A model generated the notes under the pieces. It saw only the letters and a program-made list of their open reading frames with translations, had not been told where the DNA came from and did no database searches. Both the position numbers and the translations under genes were made by a program. Below are positions 10,124 through 20,600 of a stretch of DNA of 26,407 nt, one piece after another (position 1 is the first letter of the stretch; each line of letters opens with the position of its first letter). Source of the stretch: Acanthaster planci (Eukaryota); assembly GCF_001949145.1 (NCBI RefSeq), contig NW_019091355.1, positions 4,012,646 through 4,039,052 of the forward strand, in the 5' to 3' direction.

Positions 10124-10440
10124 GGGTGCATTCGATTAGCTTCCCTGAACACACCAGTGTTACACTCAAGGAAAGCCTCAAAATGAGGCTTATCGAACGC
10201 TGCAGTGTGTTTTCCAAGGCATTCTGGGAAAAAGGTCAAGTCCCCGCCTCGTTCCATCATGTACGTCCATGCTCGAACAGTCCATCCGTGACGTCATTAC
10301 ACTCGGGCAGCCTCAAGAGACCCGCTCGTCAGCTGGGGTAGTGGTGGCTGACATCAGGGCAGGCACGAACATCACGTGATGGCTAAACGAACGCTCTCGT
10401 GTAAGTTTGACTTACACGTGTAAGCTAATCGAACGCACCC
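10124..10440. mobile_element. MITE family B, copy 1 (317 bp; ISL2EU/PHIS-like)
   Basis: 19-bp TIR gggtgcattcgattagctt / aagctaatcgaacgcaccc (one mismatch), flanked by AT on both sides. A second copy is at 12311. Confidence 0.85.
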
Positions 10441-10829
10441 ATTGTACGCAACCCTTCCACTTAGTTTGTGCGCATGCGCTAAAATTCGGCAAAGTGGAGG
10501 TCACTTTATGTTGCTTGTTAAAATGGCGACCCCAGCCAGCAAATGACTGAAGCAAAATCTATCTGCGGAGATCTTCCGCTCTGCGTAAACGTTTGCTGAA
10601 TATCATACCAGAAAAATATATTCAGGCTGCAAATTGTATTTTAAGATGTGTTTCTTGTTAATCAAAAGTGACATTTGGGAGAAAATGGGGTGAAAGATAT
10701 ATGTGTACGTTACATTTCTGAACGTAAAAAAAGGTATTTTAAACTTGAAATTTGAATTGTTCTCCAGTTGGTCCGCTACGGACAAATGATATCAAATTTG
10801 CAATAACTTGAAAATTCAATTTTCGACCC

Positions 10830-10965
10830 CGAGTGGTTAAGACGTCTGCACTAGTAAGCAGGAGGTCGTGGGTTCGAGTCCCACCCGAGTAAGCTTGTGT
10901 TTCGCAAGCTCTCGGACAAGCACTAAGCATACAGAGTTTATAGGGCAAACACCTTTATATAAGGG
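10830..10965 (+). mobile_element. tRNA-Thr(AGT)-derived SINE (5'-truncated head plus body)
   Basis: gtggttaa D-loop remnant; anticodon arm tctgc-a-ctAGTaa-gcagg; T-arm/B-box gtggGTTCGAGTcccac at 10868-10884. The 5' acceptor strand is missing. The 3' end of the body is approximate. Confidence 0.7.
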
Positions 10966-11070
10966 CCCTCTTTTTGTTCCTGCTACGAGCGGATACCCAA
11001 GATTACATTTTGCACATGCAGTCATGAGTGTTGATCAAAAGGGGGAGGTTGGGCTGACAAAGGATTGAGG

Positions 11071-11996
11071 CGGGGGGGGCGGAAGGGTGTTGTGCGACAA
11101 GCGCCCCCTACGTTCAAACTCTTCTCATTCAGTATTTTGCAGCGACGGCGTGCACATTATTTGTTTCTTGGGTGCGTGAAGATGGACCACGATCCACGAA
11201 CAGCCGGCAATAAGTTTTATTGATAATTTATTAATTTCAATTGTGACTCGGAGTGTTTAGACCCGTATGATATATTTCTTTTATGGGACTTTCACTTGTA
11301 TCAGAAAAGTTAATCTTCGAGATGAAAATTGTCTTCGGGAGAGATATTTTATTTACCTGCAATTCCATTTTGCCAAGTTGCCAACGCGTTGCCCGCATAC
11401 GCGTTTGTGTGCGACGGTTGGTTGTACGTGCTGCATCTCACCTCCACGCGCTGTAATTTTTAACCGAACGTGAAGAATTTTTGACTCCATGCATACCCAG
11501 AAGCAATGGACAAAATTTGAATGGGACGCATCACTCGTTTTTTATAACGTTGTGGAGAAAGGGTCATGTTGAAGGGGAAGGATTTCCTTTAAACGACTAC
11601 AGTCGGAAGGTGAGGTCTTTAAACATACATTTCAGAAAAAAATCAATGTTGCAGGTGGGAGTTTTACAAGTTAAATCGTTGTTATGCATGAAATTTAGGG
11701 GTGTTAATGTGAGGAGACAACAGCGCAGCGTGTGCATTATAAACGTTTCGCATCCACGATCCATAGCTAGATCGAGAAGCTGAAATGGGAATCCTTTTCT
11801 AGGATCTCCGTGAAACAAGGGCTGGTGTGCATATTGAAAATAGAACAAGTTCTTCAATAATCCTTGTAGATAGTGGAAACGCAGGAGATTTTAACTTTAA
11901 ATGAAATAGTTCCTTATGAGCACCCCCTTCTAGTGAATGGAATAGGCTTACATACCGCTGTGCGCACATCATGCGCAAACCCCTTCCGTCCCCCTG
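11071..11996. mobile_element. Non-autonomous hAT-like DNA transposon (926 bp) with 8-bp TSD
   Basis: Exact direct repeat GATTGAGG at 11063-11070 and 11997-12004. Imperfect TIRs: cggggggggcggaagggtgttgtgc versus reverse complement of the right end cagggggacggaaggggtttgcgc. No transposase ORF. Confidence 0.8.
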
Positions 11997-12310
11997 GATT
12001 GAGGCATCAGTGGAGCCTTTGTAGTGACATCAAGTCAGCATTTCACAGCGGGGGTGCGTCCCGCCCCCTCCAATATAAAATCAAGGTGCACAGTGCGCCT
12101 AATTACAATGTTCAAGGCGATTTTGGAAATGTGAAATAATGTTCCATTTGCAGAGTGACAGAGCAAAACGATAGTGCAGCAGATTACTCGAATGCATTAA
12201 GGACGAGGTTGGGTTAATGACTCTTGATATTTTTTCAATTATTGTTTTGCCATGCATAGTGATGCCGCGGGGGGGGGCTTAACTGTGAATGTGTGATCGA
12301 TAAATAGACA

Positions 12311-12618
12311 TGCGTTCGATTAGCTTCCCTGAATACACCAGTGTTACACGCAAGGGAAGCCTCGAAATGATGCTCATCATTTGCTGCAGTTTATTTGCCA
12401 ATGCATTCTGGGAAAAAGGTCAAGTCCCCGCCACTTCCATCATGCCAATGCTCGAACAGTCCATCCGTGACGTCATTACACTCGGACAGCCTCCACAGAT
12501 CTGCTCGCCAGCCGGGGTAGTGGTGGCTGACACCAGGGCACGCACGAAGATCACGTGACGGCTGAACGAACGCTCTGTGCAAGTTTGATTTACACGTGTA
12601 AGCTAATCGAACACACCC
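12311..12618. mobile_element. MITE family B, copy 2 (first 3 nt of the left TIR missing)
   Basis: Colinear with 10127-10440 over its whole length (e.g. gcattctgggaaaaaggtcaagtccccgcc, gctcgaacagtccatccgtgacgtcattacactcgg, tacacgtgtaagctaatcgaac). Confidence 0.85.
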
Positions 12619-13669
12619 AACGAATGGCTGATGGTGAATTATGGGCCGATTCAAAATGGGTATTGTTCTCTACGACTGTGGCTGTTCACCGTGGCGAGCA
12701 AAATACAACCCAGGCCATGGCCACAAGCACGACCACACTGCGCAGCCGAACTTGCTCAAGGGTGTTGACATTTCAGGAGCTGGCGCAATTTCATGTACCC
12801 CTAGGTCGTGTTCGGACGGCCTGTTCTTGACACGGGTTTGTTGTTCTCGCGCTCGAACGGTGGGAGCTCGACTCAAGAACACTATTCTCGGAACCGGATC
12901 ACACACCACCTAATCGTCAGGGTTTTACAGCAACCCTTGAAAAAACTCATGAGATTTTGATTTTTGAACAGCTGCAAACTTGGCAAAAAGTAACGCGTTA
13001 GCTTACGAAGCCGGCGGGAGACAATTGGAAGTTTTGCAAAATTAAATAATTTCCATAAGACAGCAATGAACGTTCCAGTGTAATTGATGTCTCGTGCAAA
13101 ATCAACGCATGAAAGATATACCCTCTGTATGTGCGCGCGTATCATACACTCACGGAAGTTTTGACCCATATCATTGTTCAAATAAACTTTGTCCAATAAA
13201 TACTCGAATAAAACATCACGTTGTGCATACGCCCCACTGATCTCTAAACAGTTACTCTTTGGTCATTTGCCCTTCCCGGCGCCCTCAGCGATGGGGACGA
13301 GCGCTTTTACCCAGCAAACACAAACAGAGGGCGCTACAACGACACAACGCGTGGACCACTCTCACAACGGTAAGGCCACGTTGGCATACTTCATACTTTG
13401 TTTTGATTGCATTTTCGAGACCCAGTTCTTTTCGTGGGCTCATTCTTCTTTATTCGTTAAACACGTTAAACGCAGGCCCAGGCCGAGTCAGGGTCGATAC
13501 TGGTTGTAGGTTTTGTGGTCGACGACATCGAATAGTAGCTGTAGACAGGCATAAGTAACCTGTGTACACAAATCTGGGTATATAGTTTACATTGAGAAAA
13601 CTGCAAGTTCGTAGATGAAACAAAATATTTTGAGACACCGTAAATTGTTCATCCTGTACACTCTTATGA

Positions 13670-13845
13670 GCCTCAAGCTGGACCTAGAGAGGGCGCAATT
13701 TTCTCAGCAACGGAGGCTCCTTTGGTAGGAACTGAATTTCGCTGTTCACGAACGACAAGGATATGATGCATTACCAACAAAATGAACACTCTCGACCAAC
13801 ATGGCTCCGCTTTCCAACCGATGAGAGGGAGCTTCTGCTCGAGGC
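13670..13845 (+). mobile_element. MITE family C, medium copy (176 bp)
   Basis: gcctcaagc...gctcgaggc termini; internally deleted relative to 9136-9685. Confidence 0.7.
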
Positions 13846-14098
13846 AGACAGGCCATTTTCTTTATTTTTTCATGAACAAATACACTACGATTATCTTGTA
13901 GGAACATGGAAGTTTTTGTATAGGCCTATACACATCTTGTATGGCATAGGTACATACAACATATCACGTGGGCCTACGCACTGAAAAGTGGTGCCGTTAG
14001 CTAAGGTGTACGTACAACTAGTTTTTGCATAATATTACATCATAATTAGTAGCATATACCTGATAATATCTCGTACGTGTAGGTAAAACACAGTATCT

Positions 14099-14108
14099 TT
14101 TATTTATT
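14099..14108 (-). promoter_or_regulatory. Tandem overlapping AATAAA polyadenylation signals of the zinc-finger gene
   Basis: tttatttatt on + reads AATAAATAAA on -, ~270 nt downstream of the TGA stop. Confidence 0.6.
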
Positions 14109-14374
14109 TGACAAGAAAAATTGAAGACGATCTTCACTGATGCCGTACGCGAGTCTTCGCATAAGGGACCAGTATTCCGTACCACGGAACAACTTGCAGA
14201 GTCGACAAAGCTGTAGGCCTATACTCATCTGCAGCAGCTAGCTATAGCGTACTACCAGACATTGTAAGTAAGTACGGCATTAAACGTTGACAGATTGTCG
14301 AGTTAAGTAGGACAGGGTTCATAAAATTCGAACTGTCAATAGTTGATCAAAGATCGTTGGCCCCCTCCTCAAGT

Positions 14375-15682
14375 TCATTCACGTTCTGCATTGTGAGATG
14401 TCATGTGTCTCGTCAAGTGGTGGCGCTCTCTGAAGGACTCCCCGCAAAGATTACACTTCAGTTTCTCCTCCACTCGCTTCCCTTCGTTTCTGTCGCCCGC
14501 CACCGTCGAAGTGGATGCGGAGTTCGAACCGCCGCCATTCCCATCAGAAGACCGTTTATGCTGCGTCCTCATGTGGTACACCAAATCACTGGTCATCCGG
14601 AAGCTGGCGCTGCACTTGGCGCACCAATTGTCGTACTGCCGGCTGTGCACGCTGGAAGACAGCGGTAAGACACTAGTGGGCACCAGTGGCTGCTGCCACG
14701 CAAACGGCACTCGAGAAAATCCCTCAGCATTTGCGCCATTTTGAAATGGACCGAACTGCACCGAAAAGGCGTTCTTGTAGGGGTTCGTGTTTTTCACAGT
14801 TTTCAACGCGTCACACCCTTGCGTGTGATTAAGGAAATCCGGTGGTGGGCGACGTTTCAAAGGAATAAATGAAGGCGCCACGAATTCCTCTTCACGTTCC
14901 GTCCTACGTCCAAGATGATTTGCGTGCAGGTTGTTGGAATGCGTTGCTAGTAAGGTTTGAGCAGAGCCATAAAATGTTTGAGTCAGCGGAGACGGTCCCT
15001 GAAATGTAGATTCAGAGAGGTGTTCCGATGATGCATTTATAGGCCGCTCCTTCTGCTGCTCTCTCCTACGCGATCTCAGCCTCGCTGTGTCTGCGCATGG
15101 CTGTTGTTCATGGCAACCTATCTGTTGATGTTTTTTCACTTCTCGAAATGCACTGCGTTTCCCGGACGCATGCGCCTGAGTTGGGCAGGTTTGTCTAAGA
15201 GAGGGAGCTCCAAGCAGATCACTGTAACCAACTCCTCCGTGCGACACTTGTGGACCACTTGGACGTAAGCAGGAAGTATTCGTCTGCATTTTGCTGGACA
15301 GAAATCCAAGACCAGTTGGTTGTTGTGTGGATGAGCATCCGGGGTTAGTCGTCCTGGTTTCGTGCGATTCCCAATTTGACAACAGCTTCCCCGAATGAGA
15401 AGCTGGGGAATCGGCAAGTTCAGGTCGCCAGCTGGCTCGAAGTTTCTTCGACAGACGACGCTCAACAACTGACCACGACTCTCCTTGCAGCTCACTTTCT
15501 TCCGAGTCTGTTGACCGTGGGTCAGAGTGGCCCTTGCTTTTGAGCGCCACTGGCCTAGCTATCCACTGATTGTTGAAACCATTCTCTCTTGTGGCTATTG
15601 ATTCAGATTTCCCCGCACCCCTGGGTATTTGACCTCTCGGTGGAAAATCCATGACCTCTTTTCTAGTCGATGGACACTCCAT
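14375..15682 (-). CDS. PRDM8/ZNF488-like: PRDM8/ZNF488-family C2H2 zinc-finger transcription factor (435 aa from the first ATG; alternative start ATG at 15652)
   Basis: NWCAKCSASFRMTSDLVYHMRTQH (finger 14558-14623) and EEKLKCNLCGESFRERHHLTRHMTSHN (finger 14393-14455) are near-identical to the recalled PRDM8/ZNF488 C-terminal finger pair. KRSAFREVKK (15131-15160) resembles PRDM8 KRSAFVEVKK. An in-frame TGA at 15709-15707 bounds the ORF upstream. Confidence 0.92.
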   Translation of the reverse strand: MECPSTRKEVMDFPPRGQIPRGAGKSESIATRENGFNNQWIARPVALKSKGHSDPRSTDSEESELQGESWSVVERRLSKKLRASWRPELADSPASHSGKLLSNWESHETRTTNPGCSSTQQPTGLGFLSSKMQTNTSCLRPSGPQVSHGGVGYSDLLGAPSLRQTCPTQAHASGKRSAFREVKKHQQIGCHEQQPCADTARLRSRRREQQKERPINASSEHLSESTFQGPSPLTQTFYGSAQTLLATHSNNLHANHLGRRTEREEEFVAPSFIPLKRRPPPDFLNHTQGCDALKTVKNTNPYKNAFSVQFGPFQNGANAEGFSRVPFAWQQPLVPTSVLPLSSSVHSRQYDNWCAKCSASFRMTSDLVYHMRTQHKRSSDGNGGGSNSASTSTVAGDRNEGKRVEEKLKCNLCGESFRERHHLTRHMTSHNAERE

Positions 15683-15770
15683 GCGTGGTGTGCTTCTCAA
15701 AACAGTTCATAAGCTTGTCCGTGGATTCGGTAAAAGTTAGCCAGAGTTTGACCTGCAATTAAAAAAAAAT
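15683..15770 (-). other. 3' splice acceptor (exon starts at 15752) and 5'UTR part of the zinc-finger gene's coding exon
   Basis: Minus strand reads attttttttttaattgcAG|GT-like: a T-rich tract plus TGCAG at 15757-15753, 70 nt upstream of the first in-frame ATG. Confidence 0.65.
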
Positions 15771-16347
15771 ACATCCAAAATTACCTATCAGAAAAATGTC
15801 GGTGGTCAAAGTGTCAATCTCCCCGATGCCTGCAAAAATTGTCAGCAGGCAGTTGTTAAAGTAGCACTTTCCAACTGATTGAACTTTCTGGCAGCAGCAC
15901 AATTAATTTAAATGTCATGAAAAGGTACCAATGCTCGCCAGACCTCCCCTCGTGTTTGTAGCTATGGCTCGGTCTAGATCTGCGCCGGCTTGCAGGTACA
16001 GATCTGTGGGTAGGCCCTACAATGGTGACAACAGACGGAGCAGTGTAGACCAAGTGCCCCAGGTAAGGCATTGGCCTACAGTGGGTATCAAACATAAACA
16101 AACATGGCGTCCTCCCATAGCAAAGTGTGTCATAACTGTTACTTACCAAAAAATGCCGATTTTCGGCACAGTGTGCTCAGCACATCAGTAGTCTGAGTAT
16201 ACTTTACCAACCGTTGGCTTTATTTCTGGTAAATGACACTTATGAAACACTTCGCTATAGGAGGACGCTATTTTGCTGACGTTTGATACCCACTTGTAGA
16301 CTATGTCACGTGACTTTATTAACGTATGCAATGGGTCTATTATATTC

Positions 16348-16427
16348 GCCTCGAGCAGAAGCAGCCCCTCACCAAAGGACCCGCTGTTGCTAAGAAAATG
16401 GCGCCCTTTCATGGTCTAGCTCGAGGC
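16348..16427 (-). mobile_element. MITE family C, minimal copy (80 bp)
   Basis: Reverse complement gcctcgagctagaccatgaaagggcgccattttcttagcaacagcgggtcctttggt-gaggggctgcttctgctcgaggc joins the left and right ends of the longer copies. Confidence 0.7.
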
Positions 16428-17601
16428 ACATACTAGCTCTGGCAACCCAATTCTGTGGCGACCAAACACTACTGGAACACTAATTTTTACTATTTGAAGA
16501 GCCAAACTAATGTGGCGCTTAACAGAAAACAGCCAGTACGCCGCCAGCAACCATCTCCAAGCTTTTAATCGAGGTTCGGCTAAGTTGATTAAAAGGCATT
16601 TAATAGGAAGAGACACATTTTCCCGCCAATAGAAAGAAAGTTATTTTGTTACTCGAGACTTTTCACATTTTCCCTGTCCAGTGTTTACGGTGCACTGAAG
16701 TTGCACCGGTGTGAAACAGTTGTAAAAATCTCTTCCGTTTTCTTCGCTGCAGCAAACTGCTCTTTCATCGTGCAACGATGAGATATTTTGCCCAAAGACT
16801 TGTCTATCTTTAGAGTGGGACTTTGAAATGCCTGCCTGACAATTTTGCGACGTGCATCGCCTCTAAGTCCATCAATCCAGCCCAAGCGAAAAACATGAAT
16901 ACAGACCCTCACACAATCTACATGTAATTAATTAATGAGACTGCGATGAAACACGGGTCGTGCCTGACATCCACCACCGACTGGTTAGGGCGGACAACGG
17001 TCGGTGCGTTTCGCCACCTACCACATGTTGTGAGCGTCAAGTCAGAATTTATCCCGTTTCAAGCGGTGCTGACATATTAATAGTTAATTTAGCTACGGGG
17101 ACACCCGCGGCTCGCTTCATTTTTCATCATTTTGGAAATTATAGCACAGCAGACGTCGAGAGACCAACATGGCGCCCCTATTTTACCTTTTAGTAAAAGC
17201 ATGTGGGAGATTTTCCTGGCGGATATTAATAAATAAAATCGATATAAAATTAAAATGCTTCCATTAATTTTATATCATTCTAGTTTAAATATACTGTGGT
17301 CCTTTAATTCCTGTTTGTGAATGATGGTTGAATTCCTTGAAAAACTTCTGTCGAAATTATTCCTAGAAAATACACATACAGAAAAATCGGAAGGATGGTA
17401 TTTCCGGAACGATATAAAAAGGATTTTTTTTTCGAAACCGTTTTCCCCTCTTGTTTACTGAATCGAAATGGTGATTCAGCGGTGACTGGATTGCTTATCC
17501 TGTTTAAAACTGATTTTCTTGATAACACATGTCTATGTCTGTTACAGTGACCGTCATGCGTCAACGTAATTATCATGCAAGGACCGAACAAAGAAGACAC
17601 A

Positions 17602-17610
17602 ACTTACCTT
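17602..17610 (-). other. Candidate 5' splice donor of a non-coding upstream exon of the zinc-finger gene (alternative donor TTG|GTAAGT at 16147/16146)
   Basis: Consensus AAG|GTAAGT on the minus strand (exon ends at 17608); the upstream sequence is stop-rich, consistent with 5'UTR. Confidence 0.45.
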
Positions 17611-20600
17611 TAGAAATTAAACACATCTATGTACTTAACGAAGTTCCCCTCTGGTGCCGATCTCCTGAATACATGAACACCTGACTAGTCACATGTTCGC
17701 CAGCGTTTCGACGCTAACGTGAAGAAGTTATTACGGCAAATTATGAGCAATGTTGCTATGTCCCATCGTTGGTTATCTCTGTACTTCAATTCAAATTCCT
17801 GCTATACCTTCTATGTGGTAAATTTCCTCACTTTGGACATTATGCGATAAACAGACTGTTGAGTCAATTTTGACTGAGGCGCACAAATTTCAAAAAGGCA
17901 CGTGTCATCATTGGTTCATTCGGCAAAAGAAAACAATTGTTTGGTATGCAGCGGTGTCAGCCGCAAACTCTCTAACCTCAACGGAAACTATTCTGGCCGA
18001 TCAGAATCGGCGGCTGTCCCGCTCAGTCCGCGAATCCTTCCTCATGTAGTTGCTATGCTGAAGAGTTACGAGTGTTTTCCCGCCAGGATATATGCAGCGA
18101 GGATGTTGATCAGTACAGTGAAGTGTTAGCCCGGTTCAACCCGCAGTGAGAGGAGAGCAGATTGTCAGCACCAAAGATCGGACGGGTTGATCTTGTCGTC
18201 TGCGAGCCGAGTGCATGGGCCCTCGAGCTTTCAGCTCGCTCACCGATGATTGGTTCGGAACTACTTTGCAACATAATGAGTCTCCGCTATCAGTGTCTAA
18301 CGACCTGCATGCACTCCAGCGTATACGGTGCGCGAAGAGAGTGGTTTTGCCGAGCGTGTCTCCGGGCAAGGATTATTGCATTGCGTCGTCAGCCGGCTTG
18401 ACGAGCGTGCACCGTTGTCATGAAGTTTGACGTCGTCCAATCGGATAGTGACTTATTAACAATGTTGAAGATGGTCATGTAGATGGCTAACTGGAAGCTT
18501 TGTAAAAACAATGATTGGTTGAAACTTTGTGACTAATCTAACATTCAATGCCATTAACTTAGCCTTGATAATTTTTGCGCTTTTGTACAAAGGCCTCAGT
18601 TGTTAACAATCGGAGATGCATTACATTTTGATATAGGTCCTAAGGCAAGATAAGTGAGCATTATTCTGCCTTTATACATTTATTGCTTTATTCTTTTTCC
18701 ATCATTTTGCCTGCTTGTGTCTTGGGTCTTCAATGTTATTCTTCCTCACGCTTTCGACCCCCCAGTTCCAGCGTTTCTTCCCGTGCTGATTTTATCGACT
18801 AAAGATATTTTCAGCAATAAACTTGCGAAACTGTCATTGCCGATTGGTGGAGAAGACGACATCGTCCCCGATCGATGTACATTTTCAAATCAAATGAAGA
18901 GCGTCTGTGTTACAAAGAGTGACCCTTCCGGTCAGCGGAATGCCTGCTAACCCGTATCAAATCAGCAGAAATCGTGATTGAACTTGATTTTAAAGTGGCC
19001 CGATGTACGACAACATGAAAACTGACACAATGCTTTGGACTGGGCACAGGCGCTCAGATAACACAACATATGCCCGGTTCGCCGCTAACTAGTCCGGAGT
19101 CGCCCAACCGACCGCCGGTGCATTACCACAGCATATGTTGGCACTAATTACGACGTCGTCTGCTCGAGTGCGCACGGCATGTACACCGCCCGGGCACGGT
19201 TGACGGCCGGGGCCCGGGCCGTGGGGTCGGCTGTATAGGCGCTCCGAACGCGACGAGGCGACTTGGGCGAGGGGGGCCAACCCGGCATTTTGTCGCGGTG
19301 GGCTGTCGGAGCCTAATTGATGGGAGTCGCGATGGAGCGCCGGGACTAATGGCGCTGAGGGATTTATCTCCATCCCCGCGCCATCTGCTACCTCGGTTCT
19401 GCCTCGTCGGCTCGTCCGGTTCCAAGTGAAGAAATGCAATTCGTCGATATCGTTTTTCTTTGTCGTGGAGCCAGAAATGCGCGAAGAACAATGTAAGCCT
19501 CTTCTCCGGATAACAGGCCTTTTTAGTATTCGGTAATTGAATGACTCGGAACAAACACAAATGTGTAGCAGACGGTAATGGCTTTCGATTATGTAATCAG
19601 AGATTGAATTTAGCAAGTGCATGTATAATTTCTCGGCAGTGAATTACTGTGTCGACAGATTCTCTGGTTAATTCACTCTTTGTGCTTAAACTAAACTCTT
19701 TGCGTTTAACGACAGCGTGTTTATGGCTCCCCACTTCTGAAAATGATTTTAAGAAAAGATGATTTTTTTTCGCAAATGAAAGAAAACCATAAACGAAATA
19801 GGACTGCATGGATTTGGTTTAGAATTGTGTCTGGCTTTGATATCAGAGATTCTGGTATGAACGAGTGTTTTTGAAGGTACTTTCCAATATGACAAATGCA
19901 TCACCCAACCTGAAATGTATACAGTTCACAAGAAGGGACCAAGATATATAGTTAGGGCAAAAATTTTAAATACATTTGTAGAAAAATTTTCCTCAATTTT
20001 TTACTGTTTGGAACAGTTTTGCCAACTTTTTCTTTATGAGGTCAGACAAATTGTATCTCAACTTAATTTCACAGTATGCACTTCAATTGAAAATACTCAG
20101 ATACATTTATTATAGTTCAAAATATTGATATTTATGATAAATCCTTTTGTGAAAATCTACATTTGCCCCCTTTGCCGTTCAAAAACACTTCAGAAAAGTG
20201 GTCCATGAGATGTGACGACAAATACAGAAAGCTGCACTAAATATTAGGGTTATAGTAAGCCTATGTAAATATAAATATGAATCACATATATATCTCTGGG
20301 TGTTTTTGTTTGACGCATGCACCATGTACTTTAAGCAGAGACCCATTTTGTCTGTCCTCATGAAAAAAGAAAAGCTGGTAGGAATGATATGAGTGAAGTT
20401 GTGAAATTTGAGGAAAACTGTTATTGGTCTACCAGGTGTATTTTGCCCCAACAGTGTGCGCACTGTTTCAGGTACTGGTAGTCATTTGTAATTTCAACAT
20501 CGTGAAAGTTTTTATATTTGGGGGATATGATATATCAGTTTTGCTGATGAGTTCCCCTCCCCCCCGGGAAAAGTCCTGAATTTTCCTCATCTCGGCAGAA

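Noticed and set aside
10830..10891. Functional tRNA-Thr(AGT) gene
   Set aside because: No 5' acceptor-stem strand, an extra base in the anticodon arm and no Pol III oligo-T terminator directly after; better explained as a SINE head.
10126..12558. Two similar short ORFs (MHSISFPEH.../MRSISFPEY...) as duplicated genes
   Set aside because: They are translations of the two copies of MITE family B and diverge by frameshift.
12008..13239. Larger element bounded by CAGTGG...CCACTG
   Set aside because: Only ~11/14 terminal match and no 8-bp TSD; not supportable.
14375..15700. ORF start at 15700 as given in the track
   Set aside because: That codon is TTG; in a eukaryote the first in-frame ATG is at 15682 (or 15652).
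19089..19622. 177-aa and 138-aa minus-strand ORFs as upstream PR/SET exons
   Set aside because: No resemblance to a PR/SET domain; GC-driven ORFs.
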